This document shows positions 8,141 through 18,219 of a stretch of DNA of 64,000 bases, piece after piece (the first letter of the stretch is position 1; every line of letters begins with the position of its first letter). The notes under the pieces are model-generated. The model was not told the DNA's origin. It searched no databases and worked only from the letters and a program-made list of their open reading frames with translations. Made by a program: the position numbers and the translations under genes. The stretch spans positions 1-64,000 of IMG/VR virus record IMGVR_UViG_3300012348_000111; one strand, 5' to 3'. This DNA comes from a virus.

Positions 8141-10033
8141 ATGCCAATACAAGAAATTCAAATTAACGATCCATTTCAAGAAACAAATTTAATTACTCCT
8201 ACACACATAGTAGAAGAAAACAGGGTACTTAGACCTACAACTTATTCTAATTCTTTAGAAGAATTAAATATTAAAAAGAAAGTAAAGAAAAATAAATTTT
8301 CTATATCTAAAGATTTAAAGAAAAGACTTCTTACTTTAATAGAAAAAACAGAAAACGAAGATGCTAAAACAATAGCCCAAGCTATTTTAGATCTTAAACA
8401 CGAACCAGAATCAGGATATAATTATTTAGGCTTAAGTAAAGCCGATTTTACAAAAATATCTTATTTAGATGCTGACCGTATAGAAAAGTTTAAAGACGAG
8501 ACCTTAGAATATGAATGTTTTGATAAAGATTCTAAACTTATTAGAGGATATTTTTCTTATGATTATCGTAATGGTCACTATGATGTAATGTATAAAAAAA
8601 TAAACTTATACGCAAGACAGTTTGATCACATACTTAAACTTGAACATATAAATAATTTTGATTTAGAATCTCCAAAACTTTTAAAACAGAAAACTAACAA
8701 TGAGTTAAAATTTGAAGATTTTTCAAACACTGTAAATTTTAGAAAAGAAAATCTAAATTTAAATGCAGACAAACTGAAAATCACATATGATGGTGAAACA
8801 TATTACTCTATTAGATCTTATGTTATTTTACCAGATACCGAACTCGTTGATAAGGTAATAGAAGCAAATAATAGATCTGCACGAAGTTATTCTTTTTATG
8901 TTAGTCAAAATGCAACATTAAAAATATATGGACCTAATTGTAGTTCAGAGTTTTTATACTGGCTATCTGGTCAACAAGACGAGATATACATTATTCCTAC
9001 TAAAAAAGTAGAAAGCAAGCTATGGGATTATAGTATTAGATATCACACTAAAGTAGGTAAGATAGTAAGAAAAATATTCGGAAACGTTTATGATGATAGC
9101 ATGATTAGTGCATTTTCTGAAGAATATCAAAAACTTACTACAATTAACAAGAAAGATCAAGATTATTTTGAATTATCAGGAGAAGCAATAAGACATGCTT
9201 ATCACGAGGATAATTCAGTTAATAATGGTACTTTAGGTAATTCTTGTATGCGTTATGAAAAATGTCAAAGCTACTTAAACATTTATGTAGAAAATAAGTT
9301 TTGCAAGTTAGCTGTAGTTAAATATAGAAACAAAGTAATAGCAAGAGCACTTCTTTGGGAAATAGAAGGCATTACTTATTATGATAGAATCTATTATTCT
9401 AATAACGAAGCATTGTATACTTTAGAGAACATTCTTAAGTCAAAAAACTACATAAACTGTTACAGTAAAGGTTTAAGCTTACAAATACCTATCCCTCTAG
9501 AAACATTTAAAAGCTATGGTAAATATCCTTACATGGATAGCTTTTCTTTTTATCACGAAGATGCTGAAGTTCTTGCTACTTACGAAGGCGGTACTACATA
9601 TTATACTTTACGTAGAACATCTGGTGATTATGAAACAAATGGTGATTATATGTACTGTTCACGCTGTGATGAAAGATCAGATAGTGATGACTTAGTAGAA
9701 ATAGATAGAGGATTTTATCGTGGTGACTATATGTGTACAAACTGTGCTGTTTGCACATCGAATGATGAATGGATTCTAGAAGATGATGCTCAAACAGATA
9801 TTTACGGTGAAATCATTTATAATGGACACGCTATTAGATTATTTGATGGATCTTATGTTCATGAAGAAGATGATCACATACAACAATTTCAAAATAACTA
9901 TGGTTTGTTTCACCCAGAATATCATAACTATAACGAGCATCCTACTAGACCTGGAGTTTATTACCATATGAATGATCCAGAATATGACGAAATAATTGAA
10001 GAACAAATTAAAGAAGAAACACAAAATGACTAA
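8141..10033 (+). CDS. phage protein with SCMR/ARALLW/YDRIY/YPYMD motifs and C-terminal CxxC repeats
   Basis: GTLGNSCMRY, IARALLW, YYDRIYY, YPYMDSF, CSRC/CTNC; I recall this motif set next to M20/M28 peptidases in phages. Confidence 0.7.
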   Translation: MPIQEIQINDPFQETNLITPTHIVEENRVLRPTTYSNSLEELNIKKKVKKNKFSISKDLKKRLLTLIEKTENEDAKTIAQAILDLKHEPESGYNYLGLSKADFTKISYLDADRIEKFKDETLEYECFDKDSKLIRGYFSYDYRNGHYDVMYKKINLYARQFDHILKLEHINNFDLESPKLLKQKTNNELKFEDFSNTVNFRKENLNLNADKLKITYDGETYYSIRSYVILPDTELVDKVIEANNRSARSYSFYVSQNATLKIYGPNCSSEFLYWLSGQQDEIYIIPTKKVESKLWDYSIRYHTKVGKIVRKIFGNVYDDSMISAFSEEYQKLTTINKKDQDYFELSGEAIRHAYHEDNSVNNGTLGNSCMRYEKCQSYLNIYVENKFCKLAVVKYRNKVIARALLWEIEGITYYDRIYYSNNEALYTLENILKSKNYINCYSKGLSLQIPIPLETFKSYGKYPYMDSFSFYHEDAEVLATYEGGTTYYTLRRTSGDYETNGDYMYCSRCDERSDSDDLVEIDRGFYRGDYMCTNCAVCTSNDEWILEDDAQTDIYGEIIYNGHAIRLFDGSYVHEEDDHIQQFQNNYGLFHPEYHNYNEHPTRPGVYYHMNDPEYDEIIEEQIKEETQND

Positions 10034-11342
10034 AAACACATACAACATAAGAAAGAGCATTGCTCATTTAAATCAAGATTTAAACTCGTATCATATACAA
10101 CCAGACATAAACTATCTATTAAGTATTCTTAATGTACGTAGACACTCTAGAAGTATAGAACAAGATGAATTTGTAGACGATCTAGAAAAATTTTACGCCA
10201 ACAAAGGTGCTATTGTAGAAAGAGATGAATATGGTAATCTATATGTAACTAAAGGAAATGCTTTACAATATCCTTGTGTTGTAGCACATACTGATATTAA
10301 TCAATCTAGAAAACAAGATGTAAGCGTTATCATAAACAAAGACATTATTTTTGGTTTTGATAATCAAACATGTGAACAAGCAGGTATTGGTGCTGATGAT
10401 GGTTGCGGTATAGCATTAGCTTATGAAATGTTTGAACGTTTCGATAATATCAAACTTTTCTTCCCTAAGGACGAAGAAATTGGCTTAGTCGGTACTAATG
10501 CTTGTGACACAACATTTTTTAGTGATTGTACTATGCTTCTTCAAGGCGATAGACGTTCTTACACAACAGATCTAATTACTTATACCAATGGTATAGAAAC
10601 TTGTTCTAAAGAGTTTGTAGACGCTGCTTCAGGTATTATGACTAAATATGGTTATAGTGAGAATAGAGGTGTCTGTACAGATATTGGTGGGTTGAAAAAA
10701 GATTCTAAAGTAGATTGTATAGCATGTAACTTGTCTATAGGTTATTATAACGAACACAGTGATGAAGAAGTAATTAGTATGGTTGGTTATTATAATGCTG
10801 TAAACTTTGTTTATGATCTTATTTTCTATTTAGGAGATACTAAATGGCACCATACCTATACACCAAGTACTAAAAGCATATTTGATGAATACGAAATGGA
10901 TACTAATGGTTGGGGTCGTGTATATTATCCTAAAAAAAGCTCTATTGATTGGGAAGATGAAAGAGGAAAACAATATGATCTTTTTGATGAACTACATCAA
11001 CCTGATTCTAAATTAGATGATCCTTTTGGTTATCAAAAAGCAGATAAATACATGCCAATAGATAAAGAATATGATGATTACGTATGTGAAGTGTATGCAA
11101 ATTTCATAGAACCTAAAGAAAGAGAAAACTTAATTAGTCAAGGTCCTTATGGTCAAGATCTAAAAATAGATATGGATCAAGACGATCTTGATTCTATTGT
11201 AGAACAAAATCTTTGTCCTTATTGCTATGAAGACATACACATTACTAATAGTTTATTGCTTAATTTATCATGTGGTCTATGTGGATCTGTATTGAATTCT
11301 ACAGCAAAAGTTGATTTTCCAAATGAAATTGATAGATTTTAA
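10026..11342 (+). CDS. M28/M20-family zinc peptidase with C-terminal Zn ribbon
   Basis: VAHTD, GADD, DEEIG, DRR, GYYNEH; CPYC..CGLC. Confidence 0.85.
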   Translation: MTKNTYNIRKSIAHLNQDLNSYHIQPDINYLLSILNVRRHSRSIEQDEFVDDLEKFYANKGAIVERDEYGNLYVTKGNALQYPCVVAHTDINQSRKQDVSVIINKDIIFGFDNQTCEQAGIGADDGCGIALAYEMFERFDNIKLFFPKDEEIGLVGTNACDTTFFSDCTMLLQGDRRSYTTDLITYTNGIETCSKEFVDAASGIMTKYGYSENRGVCTDIGGLKKDSKVDCIACNLSIGYYNEHSDEEVISMVGYYNAVNFVYDLIFYLGDTKWHHTYTPSTKSIFDEYEMDTNGWGRVYYPKKSSIDWEDERGKQYDLFDELHQPDSKLDDPFGYQKADKYMPIDKEYDDYVCEVYANFIEPKERENLISQGPYGQDLKIDMDQDDLDSIVEQNLCPYCYEDIHITNSLLLNLSCGLCGSVLNSTAKVDFPNEIDRF

Positions 11343-11353
11343 TTGTTATGGAG

Positions 11354-11382
11354 AAAGCCTGGATTCAACCCCAGGCTTTTTT
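11354..11382 (+). terminator. intrinsic terminator
   Basis: AAAGCCTGG..CCAGGCTTT followed by a T run. Confidence 0.7.
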
Positions 11383-11385
11383 CTT

Positions 11386-11544
11386 ATGAAAAGACAGTAT
11401 GAGGAAGAATTAGAGTACATAAATTCTGTAGATTTTTTGGAAGAACAGACTGATTTTACTATCTTCGTAGACCCTATTAACTTAGAAGAGAACAACTTAA
11501 ACAAACTTAAAGAAAATGAAGAAAGCGAAGAAAAGTTTTTATGA
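11386..11544 (+). CDS. small acidic hypothetical protein
   Basis: ATG follows the terminator; overlaps the next gene. Confidence 0.45.
   Translation: MKRQYEEELEYINSVDFLEEQTDFTIFVDPINLEENNLNKLKENEESEEKFL
11460..11467 (+). promoter_or_regulatory. Bacteroidota-type -7 element (variant) before the replication operon
   Basis: TATCTTCG with a TTGG element about 20 nt upstream. Confidence 0.45.
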
Positions 11545-12103
11545 CATCCTATGGTTGATGGTTGAAAAAGAAAACCTCATAACTAAATGGATAATGGATG
11601 ATTACTTAAGTAAGTCTAAAGATACATTCTTTTGGACACCTAAAACACTAAATCTATTTGATTCAGAGGTTATAGGTGAGAAAATAATAGAAGTACCTTT
11701 AGAAAAACCAGAATTAAGTGAATACAAACTAGAATCAAAAGTTAAATCACCTATAGATGAGTTTCCTCACGAACAAAACAAATTAGAAGAGTTTATCAAT
11801 CTATTCAATAGAAAGAATATAGGACTTGCAGGTAAAACAACACCAAAAATAACAGTAGTTAAGAAGCTAATGAAATTCTTTAAAGACTATCCTGACTATA
11901 ATATGGATGATGTTGTTGAAGGAACTAAACTTTACATTGCAAATCTTAAAAAACAAGGCTCTATTAGATTTATTCGTGAATGTGGATACTTCATATCTAA
12001 AAAGATAGATGGAGTAGATCAAAGTGATTTAGCTAAATGGTGTCAAGAACACAAAGACGGAGGTCAAAACTATACAGACTATACAAGTCATAACCTACTT
12101 TAA
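11516..12103 (+). CDS. putative replication initiator or helicase loader
   Basis: Immediately upstream of the DnaB-like gene; helical C-domain (KKLMKFFKDYPDY..YFISK); function inferred from position. Confidence 0.5.
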   Translation: MKKAKKSFYDILWLMVEKENLITKWIMDDYLSKSKDTFFWTPKTLNLFDSEVIGEKIIEVPLEKPELSEYKLESKVKSPIDEFPHEQNKLEEFINLFNRKNIGLAGKTTPKITVVKKLMKFFKDYPDYNMDDVVEGTKLYIANLKKQGSIRFIRECGYFISKKIDGVDQSDLAKWCQEHKDGGQNYTDYTSHNLL

Positions 12104-12104
12104 A

Positions 12105-13220
12105 ATGAAATTTGAATCTTTAGTACACGAAATAGATAAAAATAGGCTTATCAAAGCCTCTGGTGGATTAACTTCAGTACCACCTCCCTTTGCTAGATTA
12201 TCTCAAAGCTATGGTGGATTTACAAGAGGATCTATCACCTGTATAACTTCATCATCAGGTACAGGAAAAACTAAACTAACCAAATATCTAACAGTACTTA
12301 ATATCTATAAGCAAACGTTTAATTCTAATATTAAACCTAAAATATTTTATTTTGCTTTAGAAGAAAGTGCTACAGATTTTTGGTTATCATTTATTTCATT
12401 TTTCTTATATGAAAAATACAAGCTTACCATAAGTGTAGCTCAATTAAAATCATTTGGTAATTACACCATTGATTCAGCAACAATGGAAAAAATTAAAGAT
12501 GCTGAAAAATTTATTAATCAACTACAACAGATTGTAGAAGTAGTTGACTTTATTAGAAATCCTACGGGTATTGCCAAATATATCAAAAGATATTTTGACA
12601 ATGCAGAAATAGGAGAACATATCTATAAAGAAATTGAAGATAAAGATACAGGATACTCTAAAAGATATCTTTCTCACTATAAGTATAATGAAGATAACCA
12701 TTGGGTATTTTTTGTTTTAGATCACATCAGTTTGCTTTCTAATGAAACAGCACCAGATACTAAAATGAAACTTACCTCTTATCAAACTTTTGACTTTATG
12801 GTAAAAGATTACGTATTAGATGTATTCTCAAAAAGATATAACATGGTAAATGTTATCGTACATCAACAAACACCTTCATCAGAAAAAGCAGTATTTAGTT
12901 CAAAAGGTAATCTTATTGAAGAAAAACTAGAACCTTCTCTTGAAGAACTACATATCAATAAAGGTGTACATCAAGACTATGAGATAGTCATAGGTTTGTT
13001 TAATCCTTCAAGATACGATATATCTACTCATAACAGATATGATATATCTCTCTTAGGAAGAAACTATCGTGCTTTAAAGTTTCTTAAAGACAGACATTTT
13101 GGATTAGAAAATTCAAGCGTAGGTTTATATTTCAATGGAGCTAATGGCGAATTTGAAGAATTACCTAGACCAGAAGAAATGATTTCTGGAAACTATTATG
13201 AAAAATACAGACAAAAATAA
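12105..13220 (+). CDS. DnaB-like replicative helicase (RecA fold)
   Basis: SSSGTGKT, YFALEE, LDHISLL, VHQQ, LKDR. Confidence 0.85.
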   Translation: MKFESLVHEIDKNRLIKASGGLTSVPPPFARLSQSYGGFTRGSITCITSSSGTGKTKLTKYLTVLNIYKQTFNSNIKPKIFYFALEESATDFWLSFISFFLYEKYKLTISVAQLKSFGNYTIDSATMEKIKDAEKFINQLQQIVEVVDFIRNPTGIAKYIKRYFDNAEIGEHIYKEIEDKDTGYSKRYLSHYKYNEDNHWVFFVLDHISLLSNETAPDTKMKLTSYQTFDFMVKDYVLDVFSKRYNMVNVIVHQQTPSSEKAVFSSKGNLIEEKLEPSLEELHINKGVHQDYEIVIGLFNPSRYDISTHNRYDISLLGRNYRALKFLKDRHFGLENSSVGLYFNGANGEFEELPRPEEMISGNYYEKYRQK

Positions 13221-13231
13221 ATTAAATTAAA

Positions 13232-13534
13232 ATGGCAGGAATTACAAATACGTTTCCACCTGCTTTACAAGACATATTAAGAGATATGTGTGAAAGAGTA
13301 GGTGCGGATTATGAATCAATCGACTTTGGTAAAGAAGGTTGGTTTCAAGAGTACACTTGGTCTATACAAGATCAAGAAACATTTAAAAAAGAATTACTTG
13401 AAAAAATAAGAGACACTAGGGACTATTATAAACCCGTATTTAAATCAATAAGTTTGAAAACATTGGAAAAAGAAGTAGATTTGTTTCTAATGCAGTACGG
13501 ATGGAAGTACAATGAAGAATCACAAATAAATTAA
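13232..13534 (+). CDS. hypothetical protein
   Basis: ORF with A-rich leader. Confidence 0.7.
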   Translation: MAGITNTFPPALQDILRDMCERVGADYESIDFGKEGWFQEYTWSIQDQETFKKELLEKIRDTRDYYKPVFKSISLKTLEKEVDLFLMQYGWKYNEESQIN

Positions 13535-13550
13535 AATAAAAATAAAAATT

Positions 13551-14387
13551 ATGTCAATTTTACCAACCAATTTAGTAAAAGCTAGTGAAGTAGCACCAAA
13601 AGATCTAATCGTTTATTCTCAACCTAAAATGGGTAAAACAACCATTATGGCTGAACTAACAAAAAAGTTAAACGGTAAAGGTCTAATTATTAATTTAGAA
13701 TCTGGAGGAACAGATTATGTAGACGGTTACTATGTTAACTGCTATGAGAAAACAACAGATAGCTTTAATGATGCTATCTCTAGATACAAAGCAGTAATCA
13801 AAGAACTAAAAGAAAACCCTGGAGTATATGATTACATTATTATCGATAGTCTTACAGTATTAGACGCTTGGTCTGATATTGCAGGTACTTATAAATATAT
13901 GAACTCTCCAGTAGGTAAAAACTTTAACAAAGATGCTCGTACAGGTAGAGTATTTACTCATAACGATGCTGAATGGAAATCAGTAACTACTGTAGGTGAT
14001 GGTAATGGTTGGAGATGGCCTAGAACTTGGTTTATGGATCAAGTAGAAATGCTTAGTACATTAGCACCATATCGCATTTGGGTAGGTCACGTTAAAGACA
14101 AGTTTATCAAACAAGATGGTGGAGCAGATATGATATCTGGTCAAGAAATCAACTTAACAGGCAAACTTAAAAATATGTTAACTGTAAGAGTTAGTACATT
14201 AGCTAAACTTGTAGCTGATGGAGACAAACGTTACCTTTCTTTTGAAATTGATAACGATAACTTGATTGGTGGATCTCGTGTTCCCCACTTAACAGGTAAA
14301 GTACTTATCTCTGAAAAAACAGATAAAGGTTATGAAACACATTGGGAATCGATTTATCCCACATTAAATAAAAAATCAACTAAATAA
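13551..14387 (+). CDS. AAA_24/Sak4-like ATPase
   Basis: YSQPKMGKTT, INLESG, IIIDSLT, GHVKD. Confidence 0.85.
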   Translation: MSILPTNLVKASEVAPKDLIVYSQPKMGKTTIMAELTKKLNGKGLIINLESGGTDYVDGYYVNCYEKTTDSFNDAISRYKAVIKELKENPGVYDYIIIDSLTVLDAWSDIAGTYKYMNSPVGKNFNKDARTGRVFTHNDAEWKSVTTVGDGNGWRWPRTWFMDQVEMLSTLAPYRIWVGHVKDKFIKQDGGADMISGQEINLTGKLKNMLTVRVSTLAKLVADGDKRYLSFEIDNDNLIGGSRVPHLTGKVLISEKTDKGYETHWESIYPTLNKKSTK

Positions 14388-14419
14388 ACAAATAAAAAAC
14401 CAATTTAAAAATTAAAATT

Positions 14420-15256
14420 ATGAATTTAAACGAATTAGAAATCGGATCAGGCTTTTCAGGAAGCAGCAAAACATTGTACATGGGTATCGCACCTATTCAA
14501 ATCGTAATGGTTAATCCTACGGTAAGTAAACTAGCAGAATTTTATGGTACAGACGAAGAGAAAATCAAAGAACCTGTATACATTAAAGATGGAGAAAACC
14601 CATCAACTCGCTTAGACTTTTATTATGTTAATCATCCTGACTTTGGAACAGAATTTAAAGGTAAGTTCTCAATCTTTGTTCAAAATGTTACACGTACAGC
14701 TAAAAGTGGTAAGAAACAATTTATTGATGCTTACACTAAAACAGGTTGGGCTGAAACATTATCTGAATTGAGTGCTAAACAAGATGGGGTTAAAGATTTT
14801 CTTAAAATGGATATGTTCACTGTTCGTGAAGCTAAACCAGGTGAAGAAACTATTTACAGCCTTCTTAAAGGATATGGTAATATTGTTCCAAAAACAAAAC
14901 CACTTGAACTGAATGACTTCAAACAATTAGTTAAAGGTAATGGTAAAGAATTAGAAGACTTCTTCCTTTACTTTAATCAAACTGGTGGAGGTGTAAATGT
15001 AATGATGGGTGTTAAAGATGCTAAATATCAAGACATCTACACAGGTGTATTCATGCCTTTAAAATCTAAATTAACAGATTATGTTAAGAAAAGTATTGAA
15101 GGTGAATATGGTTTCAAATCATATCATGAAGGTTATTCTTTCAAAGAATTTATTCCTTCTGAAGCACCACAAGAAAATGAAGTAAATGAAACTTACTCTG
15201 AAGAAACTGCTGATAGTCCTTTTATCAGTAATTCAAATGATTCAGTTTTATTTTAA
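14420..15256 (+). CDS. putative single-stranded DNA-binding protein
   Basis: Lies between the ATPase and primase; VNPT, RLDF, GKKQFID; acidic tail ending in F. Confidence 0.65.
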   Translation: MNLNELEIGSGFSGSSKTLYMGIAPIQIVMVNPTVSKLAEFYGTDEEKIKEPVYIKDGENPSTRLDFYYVNHPDFGTEFKGKFSIFVQNVTRTAKSGKKQFIDAYTKTGWAETLSELSAKQDGVKDFLKMDMFTVREAKPGEETIYSLLKGYGNIVPKTKPLELNDFKQLVKGNGKELEDFFLYFNQTGGGVNVMMGVKDAKYQDIYTGVFMPLKSKLTDYVKKSIEGEYGFKSYHEGYSFKEFIPSEAPQENEVNETYSEETADSPFISNSNDSVLF

Positions 15257-15278
15257 ATAAACTCTTGACATCTAATTT

Positions 15279-15311
15279 AATAGGGGGTACATTTGTATCC
15301 CCTATTTTTTT
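15279..15311 (+). terminator. intrinsic terminator
   Basis: AATAGGGGGTAC-ATTT-GTATCCCCTATT followed by a T run. Confidence 0.85.
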
Positions 15312-16301
15312 ATGAACTTAGATGAATTAGAAATCCGACCAAGTGTACAACAACTATATAGTATTTTAGGACAGGAAAGAATAATGGCTTTTTACTTTCA
15401 CGACATAATAGTTATGGGTAAAAAATATGTCAATCCTTTTAGAGACGATAGTAATCCAGGTTGTTATTTCAAATGGAGTAAAGTAGGAAACATCTATTTT
15501 ATAGATCATGCTACTCAAAAAGTCTACTATAATCCTATAGATGTTGCTTGTATGGCTACTGGATATGATTACCCAGATATTCTATATAAAATAGAAGCAG
15601 ATTTTAATATTAAAAATCTAGATTTAGAAAATAAGAAACAGCTAGCATTAGAAACAGCAGCGTTTCAAAAACCAGAATTAAAACCAGCTACAATAAAAGT
15701 AAGTACATCTAAATTCAATAAGAAAGATTACGATTATTGGGCACAATTTGGTGTTACACCAAACATTCTTTCATTTTATAACGTAAAGAAAGTATCTAAA
15801 GTATGGATTGCTGAACAACTATGGTATATTCATAACGATATAGATCCTTGTTATCGTTATACAGAAAAAGAGAAATTTAAAATATATAGACCTTTTGCAG
15901 ACAAAAAATATAAATTTAGAACAAATTATTTTGGCGGGTTACTTGAAGGGTATACTCAATTACCACATAGAGGTTCTTTATTGATAATAACAAAAGGTTT
16001 AAAAGATGTAATGACATTACACGCTATGGGTTATAATGCTGTAGCTGTAAGAAGTGAAAACACACCAGTATCTGAAAATGCTTTCAAACTATTAAGCAAT
16101 AGATTTGATAATCTATTTATATGGTTTGATGCAGATGAAGCTGGATTAATTGGTGCTTACAAACTTTCACAAATGTATAACTTACCTGTTATCTATCATG
16201 ATAAAGAGTTAGGTAAAGATCCAAGTGAAATTTATAAAAATCATGGAAAAGATAAACTAATAGAAATAATCAAACAAAACACAACTAATGACAAAATCTA
16301 A
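15312..16301 (+). CDS. DnaG-like Toprim primase, crAss type
   Basis: NPFRDD.NP, KIYRP, IITKGLKD, WFDADEAG, KDPSE. Confidence 0.85.
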   Translation: MNLDELEIRPSVQQLYSILGQERIMAFYFHDIIVMGKKYVNPFRDDSNPGCYFKWSKVGNIYFIDHATQKVYYNPIDVACMATGYDYPDILYKIEADFNIKNLDLENKKQLALETAAFQKPELKPATIKVSTSKFNKKDYDYWAQFGVTPNILSFYNVKKVSKVWIAEQLWYIHNDIDPCYRYTEKEKFKIYRPFADKKYKFRTNYFGGLLEGYTQLPHRGSLLIITKGLKDVMTLHAMGYNAVAVRSENTPVSENAFKLLSNRFDNLFIWFDADEAGLIGAYKLSQMYNLPVIYHDKELGKDPSEIYKNHGKDKLIEIIKQNTTNDKI

Positions 16302-16977
16302 AATATCAGCAAAAGCTGAGCAAGACATTGCAATATCGATTGATAAAAACTTAATGAAACCAATCGATTTTAAGTATGTAAACGATCTAGTGAAAAGTAT
16401 AATTCAAGAAACCATTTTAAAGTTAGATCCAGAAGAAGAAATGGCTTCTTTAAAAGCAGAAAAAATCTATGCTGAATTAGTTAGAAAAGCTGCTTTTGGT
16501 CCATATATCTACGGTAAGATTTACAAGAAACAAAAACTTACTATGTGGAATAGAAGAAAAGAGTACTTTGACAGACTTGAAAGACTTAACAGTATTACAT
16601 TAGGTAAACTTTCTAATAACGATGAAAAAATACTAAACAATGTAACAAAAGAACTTCAAGTAGATAAAGATCTTCTTAGAAGAGGTTTTAGACAAGTAGA
16701 CTATACTGATGCTAGAAAAATGTTATGTTTCATTTACTACAAATTTATGGGATATACATTAACAAGAGTGGGTTCAATACTAAATAGAGATCACAGTACA
16801 GTAATTCACGCTATAACTTCTCATGAAGATTTAGTAGAAACAGATAAAAGATATAGAACAAAATTCTATAACGTATTACAGATAATCAAATCTAAAGCAT
16901 CTGATTTAATTGATCCTAGTGATGTAGACAAACTAATAGATTACTACTCTAAAAATAGAGACGTTAAATTTACTTAA
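16288..16977 (+). CDS. protein with a DnaA C-terminal (domain IV) HTH
   Basis: DARKMLCF..TLTRVGSILNRDHSTVIHA matches the DnaA domain IV signature. Confidence 0.8.
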   Translation: MTKSKISAKAEQDIAISIDKNLMKPIDFKYVNDLVKSIIQETILKLDPEEEMASLKAEKIYAELVRKAAFGPYIYGKIYKKQKLTMWNRRKEYFDRLERLNSITLGKLSNNDEKILNNVTKELQVDKDLLRRGFRQVDYTDARKMLCFIYYKFMGYTLTRVGSILNRDHSTVIHAITSHEDLVETDKRYRTKFYNVLQIIKSKASDLIDPSDVDKLIDYYSKNRDVKFT

Positions 16978-16978
16978 T

Positions 16979-17176
16979 ATGAAACTAATTAATATACACG
17001 ATAGCTGGTATAACAAACTAAAACATGTTATCGAGTCTGATTCTTTTAAAGAATTAGGAATGTTTGTAGCTGAAGAAAGAAAAACAAAAAAAATATATCC
17101 TCTTCAACAAGAAGTATTTCGCATCTTCAACGATCTTTCTTTTAACGATGTTAAGGTAGTTCTAATTGGTCAGGAT
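16979..17176 (+). CDS. ung: uracil-DNA glycosylase, exon 1
   Basis: IYP..EVFRIF..DVKVVLIGQD, interrupted inside the GQDPY motif. Confidence 0.9.
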
Positions 17177-17184
17177 TAAAACAC

Positions 17185-17214
17185 TTGCATAAAAAAGTAA
17201 TTAAGTTATATTTG
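17185..17214 (+). promoter_or_regulatory. intron-internal Bacteroidota promoter for the endonuclease
   Basis: TTG-N19-TATATTTG with ATG 5 nt downstream. Confidence 0.75.
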
Positions 17215-17219
17215 TAGGT

Positions 17220-18164
17220 ATGGAAACATTATCTACACTAACAACTTGGAAAGATAAAATCATTTATCTTGTAAATAAAGGTTTAACTAATTTAGAAATA
17301 TCTGAAATTTTAAACACCACACCAAAACATATTTGTACACTTAATAATGCTTATAAAATAAAAGCAAACAAATTAAGAATTATAAATGTAGATGTTGAAT
17401 TAGAACAATTTTTTATAGGAAGTTTCTTAGGAGATGGTTCTTTTAGAAAAAGTTCAAAAACAAAAAGTAAAAACGCTAAGTTTACAGTGGGTCATGGTGA
17501 AAAACAAACAGAATATTTAAATTGGAAATTAAGTTTTTTAAAAGAAAAAGGAATAAAAGCTAATATTTATTATCATACAGTTAAAGATAGTAGAATTAAA
17601 AAAGGATATTATACTTCTGGTTTTTTAAAAACAGAAACAAATCCTATTTTTAATATTTATGATGAACAATACATACCAAAAAAATCTATAGATTATGATT
17701 TAATTAAAAAATTAGATAATTTTGGTTTAGCTGTATGGTTTATGGATGATGGGTTTGTTACTAAAAATTCATTTCAAATTAGCACTTGTGGTTTTGAAAT
17801 TAAAGAAATTGAAATACTTCAAAAAATTCTTTTAGAAAATTTTAACATTAAATCAAATATGGTCCAAAGTAAAGAAATATATATAAAAGCTGAATCAAGA
17901 GATCTTTTTATTAAATTAATTGAACCATATATTATACCAAGTTTAAAATATAAATTAATTCCTTATGCAAATAGGGTCCTGAATAAACAGGGAGAATTGC
18001 TGGAACATCCTACAAATGAGGACAATCAGCAGCCGAGCTTAGACAGTAATGTCTTTGAAGGTTCAACGACTAACAACCGAGTCCAAACAGATAATGCTGA
18101 GGACAGTAATGTTGACACGAGCACCCTGCCTGATAAAATTTTTATCAGTGATGATATAGTCTGA
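17220..18164 (+). CDS. intron-encoded LAGLIDADG homing endonuclease
   Basis: FIGSFLGDG and LAVWFMDDG motifs; N-terminal HTH. Confidence 0.9.
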   Translation: METLSTLTTWKDKIIYLVNKGLTNLEISEILNTTPKHICTLNNAYKIKANKLRIINVDVELEQFFIGSFLGDGSFRKSSKTKSKNAKFTVGHGEKQTEYLNWKLSFLKEKGIKANIYYHTVKDSRIKKGYYTSGFLKTETNPIFNIYDEQYIPKKSIDYDLIKKLDNFGLAVWFMDDGFVTKNSFQISTCGFEIKEIEILQKILLENFNIKSNMVQSKEIYIKAESRDLFIKLIEPYIIPSLKYKLIPYANRVLNKQGELLEHPTNEDNQQPSLDSNVFEGSTTNNRVQTDNAEDSNVDTSTLPDKIFISDDIV

Positions 18165-18219
18165 ACTATACAGTAATGTATAGAAGTATGAGATAAAGAA
18201 CTTATACGATAACAAATTG

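Larger units (their letters stand above)
17177..18219 (+). mobile_element. group I self-splicing intron (1043 nt) in ung
   Basis: 5' exon ends in U and intron ends in G; splicing restores GQD|PY; IGS GTCCTGA (17976-17982) pairs with exon end TCAGGAT; core P GAATTGCTGGAA, Q AATCAGCAG, R TTCAACGACTA, S GATATAGTCT. Confidence 0.92.
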
